Made by a program: the position numbers and the translations under genes. From assembly GCA_032128875.1 (NCBI GenBank), contig JAVLKG010000005.1, forward strand, positions 539,030 to 603,029: a DNA stretch of 64,000 bases. Direction: 5' to 3'. Below the pieces are notes generated by a model. The model was not told the DNA's origin. It was given only the letters and a program-made list of their open reading frames with translations, and did no database searches. Shown piece by piece: positions 29,767 through 39,546 of this stretch; positions within the stretch are counted from its first letter, which is position 1; each line of letters starts with the position of its first letter. Source of the DNA: Candidatus Melainabacteria bacterium 17Bon1m (lineage in GTDB: Bacteria > Cyanobacteriota > Vampirovibrionia > Obscuribacterales > Obscuribacteraceae).

Positions 29767-31629
29767 ATGGCAGAAGCAGCCACAGTTCAGAGCATTACAA
29801 AGCTGGCTCAGCAATTGCGCGTCGACAGCATTCGATCGACTACGCAAGCCGGTTCGGGGCACCCCACTTCTTCCATGTCAGCGGCAGACTTGATGGCTGT
29901 CCTGATGACAAATTACTTGCGCTACGACTTCAAGAAGCCGGAGCACCCGAACAATGACCGTCTGATTTTCTCCAAAGGTCATGCTTGCCCGCTGCTCTAC
30001 TCCTTTTACAAAGCTGCCGGTGCAATCAGTGACGAAGAGCTTTTGAGCCTGCGTAAAATGGGCAGCCGTCTTGAAGGGCACCCTGTACCGGAAATTCTGC
30101 CTTGGGTTGATGTAGCCACTGGCTCGCTCGGTCAAGGATTGTCGTTCGGCGTCGGAATGGCGCTGGCAGGCAAATTCTTGGACAAACTTCCGTATCGCGT
30201 CTGGGTTCTTCTGGGCGACAGCGAAATGGCAGAAGGCAGCGTGTGGGAAGCAATGGCATGCGCCTGGCACTACAAGCTGGACAATATGACCGCGATTCTC
30301 GATATGAATCGTCTCGGTCAACGCGGCGAAACCATGCTCGGTTGGCATTCTGAAATCTATGCTGAAAGAGCTCGCGCATTCGGCTGGCACACGATTGAAA
30401 TCAATGGTCACGATCTCGACGCCATCGATGCTGCATATAAAGAAGCCCTCGCAACGCAAGGCAAGCCGACCTTAATCATTGCCAAAACTGAGAAAGGGCA
30501 CGGAATTCCACTCACCGCCAATAAAGATAATTGGCATGGTAAGCCGCTCAGCCCAGAGCAAGCTGCAGAAGCAGTCGAGCAATTGGGCGGCGTGCAAAAC
30601 ACCGTTATAGAAGTCAAAAAGCCTGAAGACAAGCAGCCCGCAAATGCCGGACGCGCTGTCAAAAAGCTCGAATTGCCGAAGTACGAATCTGCAATTGCTA
30701 CAAGAGAAGCCTACGGCGATGCACTTAAGGCACTCGGTGCAGCCAACGACAACGTAGTTGTAGTTGATGCTGAAGTATCCAACTCTACGTACGCCGACAA
30801 GTTTGCGCATTCATTCTTGGAGCGCTTCTTCGAAATGTACATCGCCGAGCAGTGCATGGTTGGTGTCGCCATCGGTCTGGCTAATCGCAACAAGATTGCG
30901 TTCGCTTCGACATTTGCAGCGTTCCTCAGCCGCGCTTATGACTTCATCCGCATGGGTGCAATTTGCCGCGCCAACATCCGTCTGTGCGGCTCGCACGCTG
31001 GTGTTTCAATCGGTCAGGACGGACCATCTCAGATGGCTTTAGAAGACCTCGCGATGATGCGCGCGATTCACGAAAGCACTGTGCTCTATCCGTCAGATGG
31101 CGTGTCTGCGGCTCACCTGGTTAATTCCATGGCAGAGACCAAGGGCATTTCGTACATGCGTACGACCAGAGAGAAGACGCCGATTCTCTATAAAAACGAA
31201 GACAGCTTCCCGATTGGCGGCAGCAAGACATTGCGCACTTCCGCCAAAGACAAAGCTACTCTCATTGCCGCCGGCATCACTCTTCATGAGTCTCTCAAGG
31301 CTTACGACGAGCTGAAGAAAGATGGCATAGAGGTACGAGTCATCGACCTTTACTCGGTCAAGCCGATCGATAGAGAAACGCTGCACAAAGCGGCTAAGGA
31401 GACTGGCACTCTTATTGTCGTTGAAGATCACTGGCCGGAAGGTGGACTCGGTGACGCTGTTTTGGATGCCTTCGCTGCCTGCGAGAAGACAGTGAAAGAG
31501 GCTTGTCCGACACCGAAAGTGATCAAGATGGCTGTTCATGGTATGCCTGGTTCCGGAACTCCTCAAGAGCTCCTCGATGCCGCCGGCATTTCCGCCAAGC
31601 ACATAGTCGCAGCGGTCAAGGCGCTCTAG
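29767..31629 (+). CDS. tkt: Transketolase (single-chain, ~620 aa)
   Basis: [39 protein letters not shown], IAEQ. Confidence 0.95.
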   Translation: [620 protein letters not shown]

Positions 31630-31783
31630 GACGGGTGCAATACCGGTACATCCGGTTTGCAGCCGTTCCTCGCGTTTGACGTTTGGAGGGTTATGTTGGG
31701 TCTGGAATTTCAGTTGATATCAATTGAATTCCAGGCCCTTCTCTTGCTGTTACCAGAGAATTCGCAAAAAAAGGGAAATCATT

Positions 31784-32686
31784 TTGACCGATAAGAGCAA
31801 ACGATTTCTGACTGTAAATGCATTTGCTGAAAAACCATACGGCGGAAACCCTGCGGCAGTCTTCACACAAGCCGATGGGCTGCCTCCTGAGCTCATGCAA
31901 ACCATCGCCCGCCAACTAAATTTGGTTGAAACTGTTTTTGTTCTATCCGGAGAGCAAAAAGCGGATTTTCGACTGCGTTACTTCACCCCCATCGCCGAGT
32001 TGCCTGTCGCGGGTCATCCCACTGTAGCGGCTTGGTGCGCGCTTCTTCACGACGGACTCGTGGATGTCGAACAGCGGAATATTTTTACTCAGATCAATCA
32101 AGCAGGAAAGCAAGAAATAAAAGTCGAGAAATCGAAAAATAAAGGCAAGCCGATCGTCACGATGAAGCAGCCTAATCCGCGCTTTCTTGAAACTCATTGC
32201 ACAAGGGAACAAGCTGCTGCTGTGCTTGCCGTAAGTTTAGATGCAATAGATGATCGTCTTCCCATACACGCTGTTGATACCGGACTGGGACATTTGATTA
32301 TTCCAATGCGTTCTCTCGATGCGTTGATGTCTGCAAAGCGGCAAATCGAGCCACTTGCGGAGCTCTGTAAATGGAATGGGGTAAGAGAAGCGCAACTCTT
32401 TTGTTTTGAGACTTTTGATAAAACCTGCCAACTTCATACGCGCAATTTGTGTCCTCGTGAAGGTATGGAAGACCCCGCTTGCGGCGTCGGAAACGGCGCA
32501 TTAACAGCCTATCTCAGTCAATATTATCGATTTGCGGACAACGATTTCAGCCTTCGCATCGAGCAAGGAAATATTGTCGACAGACCTTCAGTTGTGCACA
32601 CGCGTGCGGTCAAAACAAAAGAAGAACACAAGATCTTTGTGGGCGGCTCGGGAATCGTGATGATGGAAGGGCACTTGCTCTTCTAG
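31784..32686 (+). CDS. PhzF/diaminopimelate-epimerase-like protein
   Basis: NAFAEKPYGGNPAAV, ETVF, RYFTP..ELPVAGHPT, EDPACG; probable TTG start. Confidence 0.9.
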   Translation: MTDKSKRFLTVNAFAEKPYGGNPAAVFTQADGLPPELMQTIARQLNLVETVFVLSGEQKADFRLRYFTPIAELPVAGHPTVAAWCALLHDGLVDVEQRNIFTQINQAGKQEIKVEKSKNKGKPIVTMKQPNPRFLETHCTREQAAAVLAVSLDAIDDRLPIHAVDTGLGHLIIPMRSLDALMSAKRQIEPLAELCKWNGVREAQLFCFETFDKTCQLHTRNLCPREGMEDPACGVGNGALTAYLSQYYRFADNDFSLRIEQGNIVDRPSVVHTRAVKTKEEHKIFVGGSGIVMMEGHLLF

Positions 32687-32722
32687 GTTTGCTCGCTTCG
32701 CTTGTGATCACTCGTAATCACG

Positions 32723-32756
32723 CATCATCCTCATCATCCTCATCATCCTCATCATC
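32723..32756. repeat. 9-bp tandem repeat (CATCATCCT)x3.8
   Basis: Directly visible; in frame after the stop of the 32757 gene. Confidence 0.85.
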
Positions 32757-33422
32757 TCATTCATAATCGTCCGGTGGAATCTCCCTCAAGCTGCGGAAGC
32801 AGAGCGTTTCTTTTCGTCCGATATCGGTTTCCAATTGAATAGGAATTAGAGTATCGAGATCCTCGAAAATCTCGCTGTGGCGTACAAAGTTTTGCTTCCG
32901 CAGCTCGCAGACTAGCCCCTCGAGAGACTGGTTTGGCACGCGAATAGTTGCGACGAGATTGCGGTTGAGTGTCAGTTCTAGTCGCAAACGTACAAGCGTG
33001 CTGGCGCACGCCGCAATCTCCGCATCGGACATTAGACCGAGTTTTGACTTAACGAAAATTGCAACCTGCGAGCGTTCTTCAATCGGCAGCGAACCATACT
33101 TCTTGCTGCCCAAAGGCGCGCTCTTCTGATACCAGAGATCTTCATAGCGCAGCAGCGGCGCTGCACGATTATTCCTTGTATCTTTGCGGCATTCCACTCG
33201 AACTTTAACGACTGCGTTGAGCTTTGTGCCTGAGTAACTGATGTAGTTCTTTAGCTCGTCACACTGAAGTTCGACTACATTATCGTATTGACTGAAATCC
33301 ACCATTTGCGGTGGCATGAAATTCCTTTCGTTGTATTGCAGCGCAGAGCCTCCGTTTCTTCCTCCCGCCTGGAGGAGAAGAGTCGCGCAGCAGAATAAGA
33401 CCATAGAGAATTTCTGGCTCAT
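32757..33422 (-). CDS. Hypothetical exported protein
   Basis: MSQKFSMVLFCCATLLLQAG signal-like start; no family recognised. Confidence 0.65.
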   Translation of the reverse strand: MSQKFSMVLFCCATLLLQAGGRNGGSALQYNERNFMPPQMVDFSQYDNVVELQCDELKNYISYSGTKLNAVVKVRVECRKDTRNNRAAPLLRYEDLWYQKSAPLGSKKYGSLPIEERSQVAIFVKSKLGLMSDAEIAACASTLVRLRLELTLNRNLVATIRVPNQSLEGLVCELRKQNFVRHSEIFEDLDTLIPIQLETDIGRKETLCFRSLREIPPDDYE

Positions 33423-33898
33423 GGGAATTTCTCGCAGTTTGCCATCGAATTGATTCCCAAAAATCATTCGGCAATCCCGCTTCTGCGCGCCAGGGAATGC
33501 TTAACTACTGTTTAAGTTGGCGGCAGCAACGAATCTCTTGTTCGCTAACTCTCTTTGATGTTCTCGTATTCATGCGCACTTCCGCTCTTTGAGACACGTA
33601 AATGCGGCAAGGTTTCCCTAACACACTTGTTGGGTTTTGATGTATGTCCACCCGGACAATGCCCATTGACGGTGCGCTTGGGGCTTTGCTAAGTTGGGGA
33701 AGGAAGCCGGAAAAGTCCATCAGTTCAATTACTAGGTTACTCAGAAACGGCTGGCTGCCTTCAAACACACTACCGTTTCGGGTGGACTCTTTCTTCTTTT
33801 TGCGCGTGTGTATCAATGCTTATAGTCTTTGGCCGTGTCCGAGACTGCGTTTTGCTTTGGTGAAATTTCCTTTTGACCTTCGAGTAAGGAGGTTCTCT

Positions 33899-34843
33899 GT
33901 GTTTGAATCTGTGCGGAAATCACTACTCGGCACCTTGGCATTGCTGATTCTTTTTCCCTCTGCAGCACTTTCTCAGCAAGTCATAAACGGCTGCTCGGTT
34001 TTTCCACCCAACAATATTTGGAACCGTCGCATCGACACCCTTCCACTCGATCCCAACTCTTCTACCTATGTCAGCACCATCGGTGCCTCAACGCACTTCC
34101 ACCCGGATGTCGGCAACGACATAAACTCGTTTGGCATTCCATACAACCTCACTAAAGGAAAAGGGAAAATTCTTCCTTCCTTCGATTACGCCGACGAGAG
34201 TGATCCTGGTCCCTATCCGGTCACGACCAAGTTGCTCATCGAAGGAGGCACTTGGTCGACCGTAAATGCCGGCGACCGGCATGTCCTGATGGTGGACACC
34301 AAGAAGCAAGTTCTGTACGAGCTTTATGCCACCTACCCTTCCGGAAAGAAAGGCATTCATGCTGGTTCTGGTGCCATTTTTCCGCTCAATTCGAATGCTT
34401 TGCGTCCTAACGGGTGGACCTCTGCGGACGCCGCCGGTTTGCCGGTTTTCCCTGGACTGTTGAACTTTGACGAAGTAGCAACAGGCGCTGTCAAACATGC
34501 TTTGCGTTTCACGACCAGGCGCACAAATGGTTATATCTGGCCCGCGCGACACCAGGCTGGTCCGCAGACTGCGGGTTATCCACCAATGGGACAGCGCTTC
34601 AGGTTGCGCGCGAATTTCAATGTTTCCACCTACTCTCCGCGCATGCAGGTTGTACTTAATTGCTTGAAGCAGTACGGCATGATCGTCGCTGACAATGGTT
34701 CTAATTGGTACATGACCGGTGCGCCGGACCGACGTTGGAATAACGAAGAACTTGATCAACTCAAGAATCTCGTCGGCAGTGATTTTGAAGCTGTGGACGA
34801 GCGTGCTCTCATGGTAAATCCCGATTCAGGGCAATCACTTTGA
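33899..34843 (+). CDS. Conserved secreted protein of unknown function
   Basis: GTG start with AAGGAGG; signal peptide; GCSVFPPNNIWN, ESDPGPYP, GDRH, WTSADAAGLP, HALRFT, YGMIVADNGS. Confidence 0.8.
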   Translation: MFESVRKSLLGTLALLILFPSAALSQQVINGCSVFPPNNIWNRRIDTLPLDPNSSTYVSTIGASTHFHPDVGNDINSFGIPYNLTKGKGKILPSFDYADESDPGPYPVTTKLLIEGGTWSTVNAGDRHVLMVDTKKQVLYELYATYPSGKKGIHAGSGAIFPLNSNALRPNGWTSADAAGLPVFPGLLNFDEVATGAVKHALRFTTRRTNGYIWPARHQAGPQTAGYPPMGQRFRLRANFNVSTYSPRMQVVLNCLKQYGMIVADNGSNWYMTGAPDRRWNNEELDQLKNLVGSDFEAVDERALMVNPDSGQSL

Positions 34844-35757
34844 TGAAATTTCCCCGCAGGCAGTTAGCAAAACGCAGTGCAAGAGGAAGCATGCTCTTCC
34901 TCTGCATTGCCGTTTTGGCTGTGCTTCTTGTGACTGTCGGAATGGCGTTTTCCTTTTACCTGGTTTTCTTTTCGCACAAACATCTGCAAAGTCGCTCGGA
35001 AGATTTAGCTCTGGAATGCGCCAGGCAACTTAATGAGAATGACCATGGTGGCAAAATTAACAACCTGATCGGTCACAGCAGGGAGTTGGTTTTTACCTCC
35101 AGAGAACTGTACCAACGTACCGGAAACGATGAGTTTCGAGGTTTGCAAGGACTGGCTGCACAGGTCCTCGATCAGTCCCGCAGTGGCGCAAAGCTAATCT
35201 CTGAAGAACGCAATCGTTATGTCGACCTCTCGGTTGCGCGGATGAGAAAGACTGTGAAAGACGCCGAGAGTGGCAATCAAGGCAATTTATTCCTTGCGAA
35301 TTTCTCAACCGCTGGCGGTGAGGTTTTTGACCTGCGGCTTGGAGATCTTGGTCTGCCAATCTCCAATGTGGAGGCTTCTTCTGGGGTTTATAACCTTAAC
35401 TCCTATGACCGCCAGCAGAATTTCATCAAACCTGGCAAACAAGTAGATTTGTTTGTTTCTAACGTCAATCTCAAATTGCCGGGCGAAGATTCCGACCTGG
35501 TTTTCGAATTGTCTTCACTTCAACCTCCGGTAAAAGGACAGTCTGCTCCCCTGCGGCTGACTCGAGGCAAAGGATTTAAGCACTCGTTGATTTTGCGAGA
35601 CGGTGGTGAAGATAAAACGGGACGGTGCTCTGTGATACCGTCAGCGGTGCAGGTGACGATGACTATGAATGTGAAACAGAATATTGTTGGCGAGTTCGAT
35701 TCGAAGACACGCACAGTGAATACGGCCTGTGCAAATGGCGCTTGGACGGAACCTTAG
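34840..35757 (+). CDS. TadG/Tad-like pilus-associated protein
   Basis: Basic leader ending RG then hydrophobic helix (KRSARG/SMLFLCIAVLAVLL), then LQSRSEDLAL..ARQLN; overlaps upstream stop. Confidence 0.6.
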   Translation: MMKFPRRQLAKRSARGSMLFLCIAVLAVLLVTVGMAFSFYLVFFSHKHLQSRSEDLALECARQLNENDHGGKINNLIGHSRELVFTSRELYQRTGNDEFRGLQGLAAQVLDQSRSGAKLISEERNRYVDLSVARMRKTVKDAESGNQGNLFLANFSTAGGEVFDLRLGDLGLPISNVEASSGVYNLNSYDRQQNFIKPGKQVDLFVSNVNLKLPGEDSDLVFELSSLQPPVKGQSAPLRLTRGKGFKHSLILRDGGEDKTGRCSVIPSAVQVTMTMNVKQNIVGEFDSKTRTVNTACANGAWTEP

Positions 35758-35773
35758 AGGCGGGGCTTAGGTT

Positions 35774-36358
35774 ATGTGCAAAACAGAAATGAGACGCTCA
35801 AACAGATCTAGAAAACAGCGATCAGAAACAGGAAGCAGCCAGCTAAGCGAGTTCGGTGCCGCCATCTTTCTGCTTTTTTCTTGTGTCGTCATCCCCCTTT
35901 TTGACTTGTCAGTCGTGCCTGTGAGACTCGGTCTCGGAAAGTCCATAGTCAACAATAGAGTGCATCAACTTGCGCAGAGCGAGTGCTTAAGCGACGCCTT
36001 CAAAGCGCTCCAAGAGAGCGACTTTCACAATGGTCTCACCAAGATCGGTGGTTTCAATGCCAAGTCGACGCAATTGTCCTTGATTGCAACGTCCGTTAAA
36101 AACCCCGATCAGACGGTGACAGTCGATCGTCCAGGCGCTTTATCCAGTGATTGGCTACCTGGTGGCAACAAAGGGCCCTGCCTCTATCGTCTCGACCTGG
36201 CTGTCGATGCTGAAATTGAACCTCTTATTACGGCTAAAGTTCCTGGGGTGCAAATACCAGGGCTTACTCGGGCGATTCCGTTCCATCTGCGTGAGGAATC
36301 GAATTGGGAGAATATGGGCTGTGATCCTTTAAGTGGTGAGTTCTTCGTCAACAAATAA
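35774..36358 (+). CDS. TadE-like pseudopilin
   Basis: Basic leader RKQRSETG/SSQLSEFGAAIFLLF (G...EF motif plus TM). Confidence 0.65.
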   Translation: MCKTEMRRSNRSRKQRSETGSSQLSEFGAAIFLLFSCVVIPLFDLSVVPVRLGLGKSIVNNRVHQLAQSECLSDAFKALQESDFHNGLTKIGGFNAKSTQLSLIATSVKNPDQTVTVDRPGALSSDWLPGGNKGPCLYRLDLAVDAEIEPLITAKVPGVQIPGLTRAIPFHLREESNWENMGCDPLSGEFFVNK

Positions 36359-36537
36359 GTTTGCACGCATCTAAAGTTCTGTCGAACAGCAAGTCTCTTT
36401 TGATTGCTCGTCTTCTCTCCCTTCCTCAGGTTTTTGCGAGGCCAGTTTGTCCAGGTTTTTCGGAAGAACGTTCAGGAAAAGTTCAGATGATTTTCGATAT
36501 TGTTGATGCGTCAAGGACATGAATTGGTGTTGAGATA

Positions 36538-37617
36538 ATGTCATATCATTCTTCATTTGCCGGAGCGTTGCGCGGCCAAGATTGTGGAACAACGAGCCAG
36601 GTTGATGGTGCCAACCTAGACTATTATCGATTTAGTGGGGATGGTAGAACTATTGCTGCTCCGATGCGCAATGCGCGTGCAGAATCCTCGCCGTCAGATT
36701 GTCAGATTGTCGGTGAATCGAGCCAACATCCATACGAGTATGCTGAGGACGATCTGAGGCATGCGAAAAGCACTGCAGCTAGACTAACGGCGCTCGAGAA
36801 GATTGCTTCCAGCGGAGTTGAAAGATTTAAATTTAAAGATAAGGATGGCGTTGAAAGAGAGTTTAGGGTAGAAACTCAAGAATGCGGTGAGAAAACCCTT
36901 ATTCACTGCTATGCAAAAGATTCTCGTGGTGGTGAGCAAATAGTTATGCGCGCGGCCCGCAATGCCAGTGGAGAGATCGAGCAGGAGCGAAATAAAGACG
37001 GTAAGCCGGTTTCGTATTACGGCGACAACTGGTCTCGCACAATGCAGGGCAAGTCTTTTCTTGTAGGTGATAAGCAAGAGGGGGCGGCACACGAGGAGAA
37101 ACGCCCCACAGGCGGTCGAGTTCGCGAGCATGAATCTGACGGAAAAGAGCGAAGCCGCGACAGTGAACATAGTCACGTTAAACGCGAGAAGGAGCGTGAC
37201 TGCGATGGAGAACGAAGCAAGAAGCAGGACACTGCTCGCAGTCGTCGCGATGCAGAAGACGAGAGGAACTCTGGAAGAAGGCGCGGAGACTCATGTGAAG
37301 AACGCGGTGAAAGGCGCCTTCCACGAATTGATGTCGGAAGAGCTCTCGCTGACGTCGCGTCTATTGCGGCACCATTTTTAATGGCACAGTTGAGCAATCG
37401 AAATCGCTGCAACGACCTCTATCCTTATCGAGAATACCCACAGCATCTACCAGAGCGAGGATGTCGTAATTATTACGACAACTACAGAGATAACGACTTT
37501 GACGGGCGCGGACGCTACGACTTTGATGGTTTTAAACATCACGAGTATGAGGGAAACCATTGGGGCCGCCCGCACCATTCAAACTATCGAGTGCCTAGAC
37601 AATTGCGTTGTCGTTAG
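36538..37617 (+). CDS. Hypothetical protein with unnamed domain shared with 6860..7705 and charged low-complexity tail
   Basis: 359-aa ORF; within-window homology described in findings. Confidence 0.7.
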   Translation: MSYHSSFAGALRGQDCGTTSQVDGANLDYYRFSGDGRTIAAPMRNARAESSPSDCQIVGESSQHPYEYAEDDLRHAKSTAARLTALEKIASSGVERFKFKDKDGVEREFRVETQECGEKTLIHCYAKDSRGGEQIVMRAARNASGEIEQERNKDGKPVSYYGDNWSRTMQGKSFLVGDKQEGAAHEEKRPTGGRVREHESDGKERSRDSEHSHVKREKERDCDGERSKKQDTARSRRDAEDERNSGRRRGDSCEERGERRLPRIDVGRALADVASIAAPFLMAQLSNRNRCNDLYPYREYPQHLPERGCRNYYDNYRDNDFDGRGRYDFDGFKHHEYEGNHWGRPHHSNYRVPRQLRCR

Positions 37618-37652
37618 CGTGTGACATCATATATGGTTTGTATGGCGACTGG

Positions 37653-39323
37653 CTAAAAAATCCACTGCTCTGCACGCAGTAGCTCTACGACTATTTCGCG
37701 AATTTTGCCGGCGAAGAGAAACTGTTTTAGCTCCAACTCGTTTAATTCATGCAGATTGAGCGTTCCGTGCTCATTGCGCGAGGGGTACTTGAGCGGGGCG
37801 TTCCAGAAAGGTAATTTGCCTGGACCCGGCTCGACTTGCCCAGCGTCCTTCGGTGAAAATGGGATTTCGTTATAACTGTCGAGCCAGTCTTGCAGAATAT
37901 CTCCGATGCGCTCGATCGTCTTGTTCATGTATTCAGCGCCCTCATCGCTCAACTTGGAGGACGATGCGGCGAACAAGTGCGGATACTTTTCTTGAGCACG
38001 TAACATCGCCTGCTCGATTTTTGCGCGCCCTGTGACGCATGTATCTTTAGGACCGATTACGATACCGGAAAAGAGAAAGGTCATAATTCCAATTACTCTT
38101 TCCATCGCATTCTTAGTCCGGCGAAGACCTTCGACGGCAAGTTTTTGCACTTCCGGTCTGATTACTCGGAATGAATCTGCAAAACTGTTGACCGCTGAGT
38201 CGAGAGAGTTGTGGATGGTTGGATCTTCGAAGATTGCTTCGGTGTCCGGACCTCGAAGTAGTGCGATTTTGGCGAAACCTTCTGGGTGATTGTAGTTGAT
38301 AGAGTGATCGCCGGCGATAACGGCATGGGCAACTTTAGAATCTTCGAGTTCGGGATGCGGTACAAACCAATCTTCAACGCCGATGTTAACCAGGAGTTGG
38401 CGCTCTGCCGGTGTAAAGTCAATCGTGGTCAAATCACCCGTAAGGTGCTCTTTGTTGAACGGGTCGTTGATCTTCTTCCAGATTGAGCGGACTACTTCCG
38501 TGACTTGCAAGACGCTGCTGGGCGCGTTTTGCGGCAATGGACCTGCAGGGGTAAATGGACCTAGACCCATCTTCTTGCTCAACAAGATAGCCACAACGTT
38601 TGCCATAAATTGCGGTGGCGCGATCTGGTGTTCTTTTACTGCGCGGGTGATGCGCTCCACGCTTTTGATGACGTCGGGATTAGTAAAGTCCATGAAGTAA
38701 GAAAGCGCTTGAGCTGCGCCGTAAGCGCCATGTACGTTGTGGATGATGAAATTCTTTCGGTTTTTGACGCTGTCGGAAAAAATGGAGGCAAGGATAGCGT
38801 CGCGTGTCTCCGTGTGGTCTAGTTGAAGCAGCTTTGCCGCTTCCAATACTTCGCCCACTTCAGAACGCGTGTGCTTCCAATTCATGTTCCACTGATAGCT
38901 GGAACCAGGTGATTGCGAATTGGTCGAGCGATCGAGTCTTTGGAATGAATCGCGTACTGTGGAGAGTGCGCACCAGATCAAGTCTTTGTCTTCTCGCGTC
39001 AGAAGCTCGTCCGCTTCAATTTTGGCGTAGACGTTCGTGACTTTGCCGTCTGCTCCGCGAACCGGCACATCCATCAAATCGCCCTTCAACTCGTCTAGCG
39101 ACTTGTCGATATTCTTTGGTGCCGGAAAAATGTCTTGAAAACGAAAATTGTCGGTTAGTCTGCCCAGTTGCTCGGACAAGATGTCAATTTTTATCGGCTC
39201 GAGTTCAAGTGTGCGATTAATGTCTCGCCGTTTTCTGGGTTCGCCGGCGCCGCGATTCGACGGCTCGGACTTCCCGCCTGGTGGCGTATTTGGGCTTTTG
39301 CCCTTTCGAGGACTGCTTGACAT
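37653..39323 (-). CDS. Hypothetical protein, divergent HD-domain-like
   Basis: NWKHT...ASIFSDSVK...HNVHGA...AVKEH...GDH spacing. Confidence 0.7.
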   Translation of the reverse strand: MSSSPRKGKSPNTPPGGKSEPSNRGAGEPRKRRDINRTLELEPIKIDILSEQLGRLTDNFRFQDIFPAPKNIDKSLDELKGDLMDVPVRGADGKVTNVYAKIEADELLTREDKDLIWCALSTVRDSFQRLDRSTNSQSPGSSYQWNMNWKHTRSEVGEVLEAAKLLQLDHTETRDAILASIFSDSVKNRKNFIIHNVHGAYGAAQALSYFMDFTNPDVIKSVERITRAVKEHQIAPPQFMANVVAILLSKKMGLGPFTPAGPLPQNAPSSVLQVTEVVRSIWKKINDPFNKEHLTGDLTTIDFTPAERQLLVNIGVEDWFVPHPELEDSKVAHAVIAGDHSINYNHPEGFAKIALLRGPDTEAIFEDPTIHNSLDSAVNSFADSFRVIRPEVQKLAVEGLRRTKNAMERVIGIMTFLFSGIVIGPKDTCVTGRAKIEQAMLRAQEKYPHLFAASSSKLSDEGAEYMNKTIERIGDILQDWLDSYNEIPFSPKDAGQVEPGPGKLPFWNAPLKYPSRNEHGTLNLHELNELELKQFLFAGKIREIVVELLRAEQWIF

Positions 39324-39546
39324 TTGGCTTTCTTTCTTGAAACTCGGTCCGCGCGAAAACCTTTGAGTGGATATTCCCACATAGAGCAATGATAAATCAT
39401 ATCGAAAGTCGCCCCCTTATTGCGTAGTCAGGCTATCGACTTCGGCTTTCCAACGATTAATTGTGCCGTAGACGTCCGTCGGCGCGGCGCTTGCGAGGGT
39501 TTCATTAACATCGAGCCAAGTAAACGTGCGTAAATCCTGCCAGAAT

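Noticed and set aside
33505-33816. 103-aa minus-strand ORF in the intergenic region
   Set aside because: No SD or protein-like features; overlaps the candidate promoter and structured RNA
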